From Phyllobates terribilis (lineage: Eukaryota): a stretch of DNA of 64,000 nt. Both the position numbers and the translations under genes were made by a program. Below the pieces are notes generated by a model. That model searched no databases. It had not been told where the DNA came from and saw nothing but the letters and a program-made list of their open reading frames with translations. The stretch is from assembly GCF_046119375.1 (NCBI RefSeq), contig NW_027362762.1, forward strand, positions 388,926,001-388,990,000, in the 5' to 3' direction. Of the stretch, positions 23,240 through 36,083 are shown one piece after another (positions within the stretch are counted from its first letter, which is position 1; each line of letters starts with the position of its first letter).

Positions 23240-23530
23240 ACACTTCTGGGAAGGCTTTCTACAAAATTTGGAGTTTGTCTGTGGGAATATTTGCTCATCT
23301 TCTAGAGAAGCATTTGTGGGGTCAGACACTGACGTTGGATGAGAGGACCAAGCTCACAGTCTCAGCTCTAGTTCACTCCAAAGGTGTTTGATGGGATTGA
23401 GATCAGGATTCTGTGTGGCCAGTCAAGTTCTTCTACATTAAACTCACCCAACCATACCATGAACAGAAAAGGGCCAAAACTGTCCCTGCAAAGTTGGAGG
23501 CCTATACTTGTCCAAATGCCTTGATATGCT
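23240..23530 (-). pseudogene. Decayed Tc1 transposase fragment
   Basis: Minus strand reads LDW..PDLNPIKHLW, a remnant of the Tc1 catalytic Glu motif region, with frameshifts. Confidence 0.7.
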
Positions 23531-24419
23531 GAAGCTTCAACCTCTTGCCGTCAATTTCTGGTTTCTAGTTTCATCTTCCTGACTGAGCCCTATTTTTCAA
23601 ATCTGACATTTGTCACTTTAGGTGGTAATAACTCTGGAATGCTCGTTGAAATCCCAGTGATTCTGAGATTGTTTTTTCGTGACACATTGTACTTCATGTT
23701 AGGGTTCGCTCACATCTGCGTAAATAAAATTGCTCCGATGTTGCTCCTGAAAAGCCAGACGAGTGTCATGCGTATACCACTGCATATGTCAAGCGAGTGC
23801 AATGCGAATGTGCTATTTTTTCCTCATCTAGCATCTGTATGACATCCATAGGCAGATTATAATGAGGGCAATCCGGGCTACCGCCCAGGGCCCCGAACCT
23901 CCAGGGGGCCCAGGGCTCTGGGGTGTCTATGGCCCGATTGCCCTCATTATATGTGCGGCGCCGCGGCACATACCGGCAGACAGTGGGGGGGGGTGCCCCG
24001 GACCGCTCCCCCAGCAGCGGCGCATGGTCGCTGCTTCTTCTTCGGCAGGGCCAGCACTGCAGCAGTTAACTTCCCTGTGCTGGCCCGGCCGCGTCACTGC
24101 TAGGAGACACGGCCCTGTGCGCGGCCGTGTCTCCTAGCTGTGACGTCACGCAGTGCGCACCCGGCCTGCACTGCTACTTACCACCGGAGAGGAGCAAGAG
24201 GACAGGAGCCGAGCCGGGGGATGGTGAGTGTGTGTGTGTGTGTGTGTGTGAGTGAGTGAGTGTGTGTGTGTATGTGTGTGTGTGCAGGCAGATATCATTG
24301 TGTGATGTCTGTTTATATGTATTTTTGTGTTTCAAATGTGTTTATGCGTGTATGTATAAGTCTGTATATGTTTGTGTGTGTGCGTGACTGCGTGCGTGAC
24401 TGTGTGCGGCCTCCTGCTG

Positions 24420-24900
24420 AGTATAGATGGCGCCGTTCGGCCTCCTGCTGTCTCTGGGGGGGGGCGCCGTGCAGCCTCCCGCTGTGTATAGATGGTGCCG
24501 TGCGGCCTTCCGCTGTGTATAGATGGCGCCGTGCATCCTCCCGCTGTGTATAGATGGCGCCGTGCGGCCTCCCGCTGTGCATAGATGGCGCCGTACGGCC
24601 TCCCGCTGTGTATAGATGGCATCGTGCGGCCCCCTGCTGTGTATAGATGGCATCATGCGGCCTCCCGCTGTGTATAGATGGTGCCGTGCGGCCCCCTGCT
24701 GTGTATAGATGGCGCCGTGCGGCCTCCCGCTGTGTATAGATGGCTTCGTGCGGCCTCCTGCTGTGTATTGATGGCTACATGCGTCCTTCTGATGTGTATA
24801 GATGGCTACGTGCGGCCTCCCGCTGTGTATAGATGGCTACATGCGGCCTCCTGCTGTATATAGATGGCTACGTGCGGCCTCCTGCTGTGTATAGATGGCT
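24420..24900. repeat. About 30-bp minisatellite (gctgtgtatagatggcgccgtgcggcctccc)n
   Basis: About 16 consecutive degenerate units, preceded by a (TG)n tract at about 24227-24285. Confidence 0.9.
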
Positions 24901-24936
24901 ATGTATGCTCAATATTGAGTCATACAATTAATGTAA

Positions 24937-25772
24937 GGCTATGTGCCCACGATGCAGAAATGCTCCAGATTTTTTTTGAGCGTTTCTGCATCTCCCTGGC
25001 AGAAAAAACGCATGCGGATTGTACATGCGGATTGTACATGCGTTTTTCCTGCCAGGGACATGCGGAAGTGAAGCGTTCTTCACATGCATTTCCGCATGCG
25101 GGTTGACAAGCGCTTTTCAAGCGATTTTAGCATCACTTGGAAAGTGCTTGACAACTTGGTCACACTATATAAATCCATGCAACCGGCATGGATTTATATA
25201 GTGTGACCGTAAAAGAATGGTAAAAAATAAATATATAACTACCTTCTGATGGCCTGCCGACGTCAGCGGTCGCGTGACCCGTCACATGACTAAATGACGT
25301 CACGGCAGGTCCTTTTCAGACCATCGCGAGCTGCCGGTAAGCCAGGACGCATCGGATAAAGACACCGGGGGCCATCAGAAGGTTAGTATAATATTTATTT
25401 TTTATTTTATTCTTTTTTTACAGGTTCTATGGTACCCGAGTCCGGAGGAGAGTCTCCTCTTCTCCAAACCCGGGTACCAGCCGCACATTGAAACGCATGG
25501 ATTCTGCATGTACAGATGCAGTGATGCAGATTCCATGTGTTCCAATGCAAGTCAATGGCGGCGAAAGCGCCGCGCTTCCGCAAAATAATTGGTAGTGCTG
25601 CGGATTTTTCCGCAATGATAATCCGCAGCGGAAATTTCCACAGCATGTGCACAGCACATGCGGATTATTATTGGGGAACATGGCAGACCTTCTACCAAGC
25701 GTTTTTTAAGCGGTTCTGCAGCGGAATTGCCTCTGCGGAAACGCTTAAAAAACGCATAGTGGGCACACAGCC
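24937..25772 (+). mobile_element. PIF/Harbinger MITE (GGCTATGTGCCCAC family), copy 1
   Basis: TAA|GGCTATGTGCCCACGATGC ... GCATAGTGGGCACACAGCC|TAA; 3-bp TAA TSD. Confidence 0.88.
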
Positions 25773-26191
25773 TAAAAAAAATTATTATAATTAATATTGT
25801 TCCAAATTAGTTTCACGTGAACTATCACATGATCTATCACAGGGGATCATGTGACATGTCACGTGATACATCAGGTGTGTGTGTGGGGGGGGCCCACGCC
25901 TTCTAAACTGCCCGGGGCCCTTGCTACTCTTAATCCACCCCTGATGACATCGCATGGCATGCATATGCAATCTGTATGCAATGCGTTTTTAACATCATCT
26001 TTTACATATTACAGTATAATTCTCTATGTAACTTAAAGCTAGTTTACAAAACTAATAAAGCAATCTTACATAAAGAGATAGAATAGATAGATATCCTGTA
26101 GATCTATAATTTCACAAACCCCCTACATATTATAAACGTGCACCCTTTAGTGTCTTTCATGTGGCACTAAAGGGTGTTTCGCTTTGTTTAA

Positions 26192-26500
26192 AGAGGTTGT
26201 CCAGTTCTATTAACATTGCCCCCATGGATTTAAATTGTGGCAACAAGTCTTTTTGTAAATACCTTGCGTGTTCTTTATTTCCTGTGAGCGGCGCTATCGC
26301 TGGCTGCTCACCAGGCATTACGTGACCCGCGGCTGTAGCCGGCTGCGACATCCACTGATGTCACGTCAAGTTCCGGATGCATCCAGGTGTGACCCAGTGA
26401 CGCGCTCCCTGCTGATTGATGGGCTGTAGACGGGGCTTCACCACGCGCCACAGCACAGCATCCACCGCGCGTTTTCCCAACTATTCTGACAGTTCGGGCT
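26192..26500. mobile_element. Truncated TTAA-type MITE (same family as 30654-32449 and 48213-48769)
   Basis: TTAA|AGAGGTTGTCCAG start and shared internal tgtaaatacctt...cctgtgagcggcgctatc...gcagccggctg sequence. Right end missing. Confidence 0.7.
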
Positions 26501-28100
26501 GTGAACTTACTGTACTAGACTGATGAAATGTCGGCATTCCTTTGAGATGTGTGGGTAAAAGATTTTTTTTTCGCACCCATTGACTTGTATTGACAAGTGC
26601 GGTCCGATTCTCGTATCCACTTGCAGCATGCTGTGTTTTTTTTTCGTCAGATTAGAGCTGAGGAAAAACTCGCAGATGAGCACTGCCTGATTTAATAACA
26701 TTGGTCAGAGTGCAATGCGATGTTTTCTCGCATTGCACTCGTCCGATTTATACGCTAATGTCAGCGAACCCTTATTCATGAATTAAGGTCTATAAAATTA
26801 CCATTTATGAACATTCCGCAAATCTGACAAAAATTTTGTAAAATTTGCAATTTTCAACCTTTTGATTTTTATGTCCTTATATACCGCACAAAATCATTAA
26901 GAAATTTTACATTTCCATTATGTCTACTTGACATCAGCATCATTTTTTGAAACACTCTTTTATTTTGTTAGGGTGTTAGAAGGATTTAGCAGCAATTTTC
27001 ATTTTTCCAATTCAATTTCCAAACTTTTTACCTGACCTGTTAAGATTTGAAGTGGCTTTGAGGGGCCTATATGTCAGAAAAAAAAACAAAAGTGATACCA
27101 TTTTAAAAACGGCACCCCTCGCAATTTTCAAAACCGCATTCAAACAGTTTGTTAACCCTTCAGGTGCTTCAGAGAAATTAATACAAAGTGGAATGAAAAA
27201 ATGAAAAATTAAATTCTTTCTACTAAAATGTTACTTTTTTTTATTCTCACAACCAGTAATTAGAGAGAATGCAGTGAAATATGTTAAGCAATTTCTACTA
27301 AACGCGCCGATGCCTCTTATGTGGTCAAAATGTACTGTTTCGGCACACTCATGGCCCAGATGGAAAGGAGCACTATTTGACTTTTGAAACACAATTTTTG
27401 CTGCAATTGATTATGGACAATATATCACATTTGCAGAGCCCCAGTTCAGATTTATCTGGAATATTTTTTGGGTGCAACTTGCACAGCCCAAAACAGCAGA
27501 ACACACTCACCCTCTCTTCCCCTCCACAAAAAAAATTAACACATTTCAGAAGCTACACTCCTCAAGAAATTACTCTAAGGGTATGTGAGCATTTTGATGC
27601 CACATGTGTTTTTTTCCACTAAAATTTTGTTATAGCCCAAAATGTTTTATTTTCACAAGGAATAATAGAAGGCTATCGACCTCAAAATTTATAAAGTAAT
27701 TTCTACCCAAATGCGACCGTCCTCAATATGTGTTCAGAAACCACTGTTTGTGAACATGGTGGGGCTCGAAAGGGAAGAATCGCTTTTTGGCTTTTGAAGA
27801 ACAAATTTGGCAGTAACAGATTGTGGGTACCAGTTGTGGAGCCCCCGAGGTGCCAGAACATCCAAAAAACCCCAAAGTGACCACATTTAGGAAATTACAC
27901 CCCCTCAAGGAATTCATCTATAGGTGTACTAAGCATTTTTATCTCACAGCTGCTTCACTAATTTCTTTACCATTGGGCTCTAAGAAAATTAAAAATTCCA
28001 TTTTTACAATAATAAGTAAATTTAGATAAAAATGTTTCATGTTTACCAGGGCTTATGAGAAAAAAATTATATTATCATTTATTTTTGCTATTTCTCCCAA

Positions 28101-28828
28101 TGAACGCAGCACTACCAATTATTTTGCGGAAGCGCTGCGTTTTCGCCGCAATTGACTTGCATTGAAACGCATGGATTCCGCATCACTGTATATGTAGATG
28201 CGGAATCCATGCGTTCCAATGTGCGGATGGTACCCGGGTGTGGAGGACAGGAGACTCTCCTCCGGAACCGGGTACCATAGAACATGTAAAAAAAAGAATA
28301 AAATAAAAAATAAATGTTATATTTACCTTCTGATGGCCCCCGCTGCGCTTGTTCTCCCATGCCGGCAGATTGTGGTGGACTGAAGGACCTGCACTGACGT
28401 CATAGTCATGTGACGGGTCACGCGATGCTGATGTCGGCAGGTCCTTCAGTGATCAGCCAGCAGCCAGGACGGAGTGAAGCAAGAAGCCAGGGGCCATCAG
28501 AAGGTAAGTATAGATTTATTTTTTTGTTTTTAAACATTCCTTACGGTCACACTATATAAATCCATGCCGGTTGCATGGATTTATATAGTGTGACCAAGTT
28601 GTCAAGCACTTTCCAAGTGATGCTAAAATCGCTTGGAAAGCGCTTGTCAACCCGCATGCGGAAATGCATGTGAAGAACGCTTCACTTCCGCATGTCCCTG
28701 GCAGGAAAATGCATGTACAATCCGCATGTACAATCCGCATGTACAATCCGCATGCGTTTTTTCTGCCAGGGAGATGCAGAAACGCTCAGGAAAAATCCGG
28801 AGCATTTCTGCATCATGGACACATAGCC
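28101..28828 (-). mobile_element. PIF/Harbinger MITE (GGCTATGTGCCCAC family), copy 2, one end truncated
   Basis: Reverse-complement copy of 24937-25772 ending CATGGACACATAGCC|TAA. Identical short ORFs at 25019 and 28552. Confidence 0.82.
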
Positions 28829-29419
28829 TAATAGCTTGTTTTTATTCAGTGACACCTTTTTTTTTATGCATGATTTTTTTGATCACCATTTATTTTGTTT
28901 TGTCTGTCAATATAACTATAAGCTATATATTTGCCGTATTTTTTTTTTTAATGGTGTTCACCTTACAGGTTATAATGTGATTATTTTATAGATGGGATCA
29001 TTCCAGACATAATGATACCAATTATGTTTACTTTTTTTGTTTATTTTTGTTTCTACAGAAAATTAGCATTTTGTGCTTGCGAAACATTTTTCGTTTTTAT
29101 CGTGCTTTTTCTTATTTTTTTTATATTTTTACAAATATTCATCTTTTTTTACTTAGCCAAGTATGAGACATAAGATTTCAGTGGTCTGATTGCTGGTCTA
29201 ATACCCTGCAATTATTCGGCTTCATGGTGACCATCCGCATCGCATGATCGCAATTTCAGGGTGTCGATGGGGACAAAAAGAGGAAGCCCCTTCCCTCAAA
29301 TAAGCAGATAGATGTCACTGTAGCTATTGACAGCAGCATCTGAGGGATAAACCGCTATAATTGGCGCTCCTATTGGCTTAACTCCCTTTTTGAACTTCCC
29401 TCTTTTTGAACTTCCCTCC

Positions 29420-30347
29420 CTGTGGATGACGCCACCCCCTGACAAAGGCAGACGCCTAAATGCGCGCTGGTGTGGGCGCTTTCTCGTGGCTTATTCTCGC
29501 TGATCTTCTCACAGGTATATTTCAAATGACACATATTGACATGATTTACTACTAATATCCTTTTATAGAAAAAAAACACAAAAATACAGCCTTATCAACT
29601 CCAGGTCAGATTACCAATACACTAGCAGGTTGCAGCAGACCCCCATGGTAGAGGCGGGGGGCAGCACAGGTGCAAAATGCTGATGGAACAAACACACACA
29701 GACCTACCAGTTCATGGAGGGGGTGGTTTCCTAGTATTAAAAATGAACACAGATGAGGCTTTCATAGGGGGCCAGTCACACAGACACGTGTGATGCATAG
29801 TGTCTGGCTTACAGCTGTGGTAAAGCGACTTGCTCGGCTCTCCAGAGGCAGACACAGGCCCCCCTTTTTGGGTTAACTTCCTGCTGGTTTATTCTGTGGC
29901 ATAAACTTCAGTAGTGTCCCATAAAAATAAACAGACCCTCTCAGGGTTAATGGGAAAAACAAAAGGATAAGGTATGACAGAGTCCAATACTAGGCGAGGC
30001 TCTGCCCGCTGCTGGTAGTACAGTGAAGTCTTCAGCAACACCAGTCCTCAGGTGTTGCTCTCTGGTTTCACCCAAACACAGTCTGGAGACTTCAATCTCC
30101 AGACCACATACTCCAGAGGAACAAAGCTGACTGAGCATTTAACCCTGCTCAGCCACACCCTGAGGGGAGGTAGGGGAATGGCCTCCCACCCTCTTTGCCA
30201 TTCCCATAAAACCACACCCTTTTTAAGAAAGTTAACTTTCCAGCATATAACATGCTGGCAGAAATTCAATAGGTTTCAGTTGACACAAGAGAGCATCCTG
30301 AGTGACACATACCTCCCCTTGTATATCAGACCAGTGACTCTGTCACA
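29420..30347 (-). repeat. LTR-like remnant
   Basis: Ends in TGTCACA (a TG start on the minus strand), and an internal segment of about 120 bp recurs at about 32456-32570. No TSD or second LTR found. Confidence 0.35.
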
Positions 30348-30775
30348 CAGCCTATAGATGACACCCATACTATTAGAAAAGGCGGGCTATCCAGCACTAT
30401 ATAAGTGCACCCCACATGACAGACATCCAAAATCACCCAAACAACAGTAAAGGGTCTGGCTGTACCCTGTACAAAGGTGGAGAAATGAGATTAAAAAATT
30501 ATAAATAAAATCCATGAGGTCGATATTTTGGACAAAATACGCAAGCTCGCAACCCACGTCAAGGATCCTCATGCTTGCGAGTCCTAACACTAAATTCAAA
30601 AACTGCTCACAAAGGACATGAATTCAAGGAAAACCACAAAAATACAGCGTTAAAGAAGATGTCCATTACTTTTTATTATCCCCCTAATTTATTCCCCCGG
30701 GGCCCATAAAGCTTTTGCAATTACCTTGCATTGCAGTTACTGCCTGTGAGCGGCACTATCACTGGCCGCTCACAG

Positions 30776-32077
30776 CAGGGCCGGCTCCAGGTTTTTGTGG
30801 GCCCTGGGCAAAAGAGTCCTTTAACACATACCACGATTCATGATGCACAGATACCGCAGAGAAATATACATATATAGTACAAGGCCAAAGAATTCACTTC
30901 TCACATTACATGAGCGATATCTATTGAAAATTCTACAATAGCTCAGAAACCGGCGAATCACTCCACACAGTATACTGGCCCCCATAAAATGCTCCATACA
31001 GAATACTGGCCCCCATATAACGCTCCATGCCGGCTGTGCCCCCACATAATGCTCCATGCAGGCTGTTCCCCCCACATAATGCCTCATGCAGGCTGTCCCC
31101 CCCCACATAATGCCCCACGCAGGCTGTTCCCCCCACATAATGCCCCACGCAGGCTGTTCCCCCCACATAATGCCCCATGCAGGCTGTTCCCCCCATATAA
31201 TGCCCCATGCAGGCTGTTCCCCCCATATAATGCCCAATGTAGGATGTCCCCCCTTATAATGCCGCATGCAGGATGTCACACACACCCCCTCCCTTATAAT
31301 GCCCCATGCAGGATGTCACACCCCCCCTCCCTTATAATGCCCCTAATGCCCCATGCAGGATGTCACCTCCCACTTATAATGCCCCATGCAGGATGTCACC
31401 CCCCCCTTATAATGCCCCATGCAGGATGTCACACACCCCCTCCCTTATAATGCCCCATGCAGGATGTCACCCCCCCTCATTTATAATGCCCCATGCAGGA
31501 TGTCACATCCCCCTCCCTTAAAATGCCCCATGCAGGATGTCACCCCCCCTCCCTTATAATGCCCTATGCAGGATGTCACACACCCCCCTCGCTTATAAAG
31601 CCCCATGCAGGATGTCACATACCCCCCTCGCTTATAATGCCCCATGCAGGATGTCACACCCCCCCAGTCCCCATATAATGCCCCATGCCCCCATACAATA
31701 AAAAAAAAATTCAAATACTCACCTCACTTCTCACCTGCTGCTGCTGCTCCGGACTCCAGCGTCGCCGGCGTCTTCCCGCTCTGCGCTGTGATGGCTGAGG
31801 AGAGAGCGCGGTGGAAAGACGTCACCGTGCCCTCTGACCTGAGAAGTTACAGTCAGAGGACACGGAAGAGACCGGAGCTGCTGCAGAGGCACGGGGAGAG
31901 GTAAGTATTGCGCCGGATGCCGGGGCCCTAAGCAAGCGGGAGGGAGCGGGTGCTGGCACCACTCTCCTCTGCTCACGGGTCCCATAGCGCGGCGGGGTGC
32001 CCGACGGTGAGTGGGCCCCCCGCTTGCTCAGGGCCCTGGCACTTGCCCGGGTGCGCCAGATGCTGACGCCAGCCCTG
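30776..32077. mobile_element. Non-autonomous hAT element with internal minisatellite
   Basis: CAGGGCCGGC...GCCAGCCCTG TIRs. Perfect 8-bp TSD GCTCACAG at 30768-30775 and 32078-32085. Confidence 0.9.
30975..31690. repeat. About 30-36-bp minisatellite (ataatgccccatgcaggatgtcacccccc)n
   Basis: More than 20 degenerate tandem units. The early units read ggctgtt and the later ones ggatgtc. Confidence 0.92.
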
Positions 32078-33675
32078 GCTCACAGGCACCATGTGACCCT
32101 AGACTGATGTCATGTCAAGTGAGGCATGAGCCCAGTGGATGCTGGGCTGTGGGCGGGGTTTCCACCTCACATCACACCCTGCATCCACCGCGTGCTTTTC
32201 CCAATGAATGAGAAGAGGGAAAGTGAGCCGTGGAACGCAGAAGTAAGTCACCCCCAGCTGCAGCCGGAACTTGTTATGACATCAGCGGATGTCAGAGCCG
32301 GCTGCAGCCGGAGGTCACGTGATGCCTGTGAGCGGCAAGTGATAGCGCCGTTCACAGGCAGTAACTGCAATGCAAGGTACTTACAAAAACCCTTATGGGC
32401 CCCAGGGGAATACATTAGGGGGATAATAAAAAAGTAGTGGACAACCCCTTTAACAACTCCAGGTCAGATTACCAATACACTAGCAGGAAGCAGCAGATCC
32501 CCGTGATAGAGACAGGGGCAGCACAGGTGCAAAAAACTGATGGAGTAACCACTCACACACCTACCAATATCCTTTCATACTCTGCCAACTTTATATGTTT
32601 ACATGCATCTATGCACTATTGCACTTTACTTTCATAACAAGATGCTTGTGTGACATTCAGAAGTAGTGCTGTTGCATCAAAAGCATCCAGCAACTATTAC
32701 AAATAACACAAGCACAAAAGACAGGAAGTGTTGTGCTTAAGAAGCATACAGCAACTAGAGGAGTTAACAAAGTCACAGGAGACAGGGAGTGTTTTAACAG
32801 AGCCCCAGGGGGATTGTGGGGAACTTGTTATTGTAGTCTGGCTGAAGCTGAAGAGAAAGGTGGTGTGTTATCTGGATCTTACAGAAACTGAACAGGATTC
32901 AGATCAGGAGAAAAACTAAACACAGGTCAGATAAACTCCCTGAACTAAAGGCCCTGTCACACATAACGAGATCGCTAGCGAGATCGTTGATACGTCACGG
33001 GTTTTGTGACGCAATAGCGACATCGCTAGCGATCTCGTTACGTTTGACAGGTAGCAACGATCAGGCCCCTGCTGTGAGATCGTTGATCGTTACAAAGCTT
33101 CCTGGACCATTCCTGGGTCATTGCACTCCCGCTGGGCAGTGTGCATCGCTGTATTTGACACCTAGCCAACGACCTCGTCAGCGATTCAGAGCAGAGACAT
33201 GTAGGCGTGCATAAATTGGACTTTTCCGCGCCCCTCGTCCCCGATTGGTGGTCGCTACAGCGTTCTCATTTCCGGCCGCGCATAAAGAAGGCAACAGAAT
33301 AGCGATTCCGTCCTTTGTTTCTGACCTCGTGCTTGATTGCAGATCCTAGCAGAGTTCTCCGGGCTGTTAATATCCGTTCATTGGACTAGTGCTGATTTTT
33401 GCGGATCATTGTAGCGTTCTCCAGCTGTGACTCCGCTTTGAACAAATCAGGCATCTTTAGTGAGGTAGGTATTGTTTGAGGTCTCAAATGCGTTTCCATT
33501 TTTAATCCATTTTTTACCAATTATCTGCTATCTTTGCTCTTCAGGGAGGGAGGGCTTGGCTTCTATCTGTATATATATGCTTTTGCATGGACAGATATTT
33601 TAGGGGTCTCATGCACACGCACCCACACAGCACGTTTTCTGTCATGCTCACTAACAGAATGGAACATGGTTTTCC

Positions 33676-35025
33676 ATGATATTTTTTATGTACAGTTTCA
33701 ATACTTGTGTTAATTGTTTTGTTGAAAGTGTTCTCATCTTTTCATGTTATGTTTGCAGTTTGCACATCATGGACGACGGGCAGTGTGCTATTGTGGTTGC
33801 TGCATTGCTGGTTGAGGAAGCTCGGCATCAAGATGAAGCACGAGAGCTACAGAGGCGTTCCAAACGAAAGCGTCGCATGTGGACCAGAGAGTGGCTGCAG
33901 AAGAGGTCTGAATTGTCCCACATGCAACTTGTAAGAGAGCTTCAGGAGAAGAATCCTCATGATTTCCGCAACTATCTGAGGATGTCAGAGGAATCTTTTA
34001 AAGAGTTACTGGAACGAGTTACGCCACGTATTCAACGGAAGGATACAGCGATGCGTGCTGCCATACCGGCAGATGAAAGATTGGCAGTCACACTGAGATT
34101 CCTGGCCACCGGACGCTCACTCCAAGACTTGCATTTTTCTGCAGCCATTTCAAGGCCCATGCTCAGTGTTCTAATCCCGGAGACATGTAATGCAATTTAC
34201 CACAGTCTACGTAGTTACATACAGTTTCCCAACACGGCGGAGGAATGGAAAAAGATTGCCTCTGATTTTGAGCTGCTGTGGCAGTTCCCTAACTGTGGTG
34301 GGGCTTTGGACGGGAAACATGTCCGAATCACTCAGCCACCAAATAGTGGATCCTATTTTTATAATTATAAGGGCTATTTCAGCATCATCATGATGGCCCT
34401 TGTTAACGCCAATTACGAATTTATAAATGTAGATGTTGGCATGAACGGCAGGGTTTCTGATGGTGGTGTTTTAGAGCACACACTTTTTGGAGAGCGATTG
34501 GACAACTGTGACCTACACTTGCCTCCCAACTCAGAGACTACAGGTAACCTTAATTTTGTTTTTGTCGGCGATGAAGCCTTCCCACTTCATCCCAATCTTA
34601 TTAAACCATTCCCCCAAAAAAGTCTTACCCAGGAAAGAAGAATTTTCAATTATCGTTTGTCAAGGGCACGTCGTGTTGTCGAAAATGCCTTCGGTATCAT
34701 GGCCAACCGCTTCAGAGTTTTTCACACGCCAATTAACATGAAGCTTACATCAATAGACTCTGTTGTTTTGGCCTGTTGCACGCTTCACAACTTTCTTCGT
34801 CGACGTGATGCAATTACGTACTGTCCGCCTGGCTTCGTGGACTCTGTGGACCTAGCCAATGGGGAAGTGGAGCTCAGAGAATGGCGTTCAAACGATCCTG
34901 CAATTGTAGGCCTTCAACCAGTAGGATATGGCAGAAACACCCAGGATGCGAAGACCTGCCGCGACAACTACTGCCAGTATTTTAATGGTCCCGGTGCTGT
35001 TACTTGGCAGCATAAGAACTTATAG
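33676..35025 (+). CDS. Harbinger (HARBI1/IS5-like DDE) transposase, intact ORF; likely start at 33769 (MDDGQ)
   Basis: FRNYLRMS, LAVTLRFLATG, ALDGKH, YFSIIMMALVNANYEF, SDGG, VGDEAFPL, FNYRLSRARRVVENAFG, CTLHNF. Confidence 0.93.
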   Translation: MIFFMYSFNTCVNCFVESVLIFSCYVCSLHIMDDGQCAIVVAALLVEEARHQDEARELQRRSKRKRRMWTREWLQKRSELSHMQLVRELQEKNPHDFRNYLRMSEESFKELLERVTPRIQRKDTAMRAAIPADERLAVTLRFLATGRSLQDLHFSAAISRPMLSVLIPETCNAIYHSLRSYIQFPNTAEEWKKIASDFELLWQFPNCGGALDGKHVRITQPPNSGSYFYNYKGYFSIIMMALVNANYEFINVDVGMNGRVSDGGVLEHTLFGERLDNCDLHLPPNSETTGNLNFVFVGDEAFPLHPNLIKPFPQKSLTQERRIFNYRLSRARRVVENAFGIMANRFRVFHTPINMKLTSIDSVVLACCTLHNFLRRRDAITYCPPGFVDSVDLANGEVELREWRSNDPAIVGLQPVGYGRNTQDAKTCRDNYCQYFNGPGAVTWQHKNL

Positions 35026-35160
35026 TGGGCAACTACTGACAATTATACACTACTTTCAGCTTTGTACTGATTTGTCTAATAAACTGTGTTTTACTTTGCA
35101 AAAGCTTTGTTTCTCATTGTTTCAGTAGTAAGGGCCCGTATATACATACGTGTACTACTC

Positions 35161-36083
35161 CAGGGGCGTACATAGGAATCATGGGACCCCATAGCAGAAG
35201 TTATAATTGGGGACCCCCCACAAAAAAAAAAAAAAAGTAAATAATTGTTGGGGACACAGAAGAGCAGATCTCACAACCTTCCAGCCTTTGCATAGCAACT
35301 TTCTTCCTTTCTGAACTCCTAGATTCCTCTTTCATAGCCCCATAAAATGTGATGCCAACAAAAGTGTCCCCCTTAACACAGTATGATACCCCGATGGTGA
35401 ATTCCTCCTTTTTAGCCTCCACATGCACAGTGTAATGACCCTAATGTATCACATGAGCCATGTATGAGGGAGTTGGTGTCGTGGAGTCGGAGTCATGGAA
35501 ATTGAAGAGTCGGTTTGGCTTGCCGACTCCACAGCCCTGTATACCAGGATGGGAGAGCATATACATATGCATACATATACATAATGCACTCGCTGTGGTC
35601 CTCCACACAGTATAATGCAGCCCCCCATAGGGTAAAAGGCAGCCCCAGTCCTCCAGTATTATCAGTACTGACTGATTTACAAAAATATATAAATACATAC
35701 TTACCACTCCTCATTCCCCGCTGCTTCAGTCTCTGCAGCCTGTCTCTCTCATCACGACAGCAGCTGGCAGCTCCACTGTCTGACACAGCGTGGTGCATCG
35801 TAGCAGCGTTGCCACTGTTTGATTAACCGCCACCCACTGGCACTGTACTCAGTAATGGCTGCGTGTAGTGTGCTGTGCGGCTGTGTCTTGTAGTAATGAC
35901 GCAGCAAGGCCGACACAAGCACAATTAAAGGCACGGCCATGTCTGAACACAGTGGCAGTGGGCGGCGGCGGCAATCAAACAGCGGAGCGTGGGGTACAGA
36001 ATGGGGGAGACTGCTATGGGGTCCGCTGGCTCACGGGCCCCATAGCAGTTATGTGGCCTGCCGCCAATGGCGGTACGCCACTG
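35161..36083. mobile_element. Non-autonomous hAT element between the two Harbinger genes
   Basis: CAGGGGCGTAC ... GTACGCCACTG termini. Flanks TACTACTC and TTGTACTC match at 6 of 8 positions. Confidence 0.65.

Larger units (their letters stand above)
23847..25943. mobile_element. Non-autonomous hAT element with internal microsatellite, minisatellite and nested Harbinger MITE
   Basis: 8-bp TSD ATGACATC at 23839-23846 and 25944-25951. Degenerate TIRs CATAGGCAGATTA and TAATCCACCCCTG. Confidence 0.85.
30654..32449. mobile_element. TTAA-type MITE interrupted by a hAT MITE
   Basis: TTAA|AGAAGATGTCCATTACT ... AGTAGTGGACAACCCCT|TTAA. The halves rejoin at GCTCACAG. Confidence 0.82.

Noticed and set aside
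26141-26178. Hairpin caccctttagtg...cactaaagggtg as a Helitron 3' end or terminator
   Set aside because: No CTRR terminus or Helitron 5' end was identified; it is an isolated hairpin.
26780-29360. AT-rich fragments resembling a large TTAA-type non-autonomous frog element (also about 360-800 and about 56300-57150)
   Set aside because: No termini or TSD could be resolved, so they were not called as features.
30387-30599. AT-rich segments at about 30380-30650 and about 47760-48200 as Penelope-like fragments
   Set aside because: Only a compositional resemblance, with no TSD, inverted arm or coding motif.
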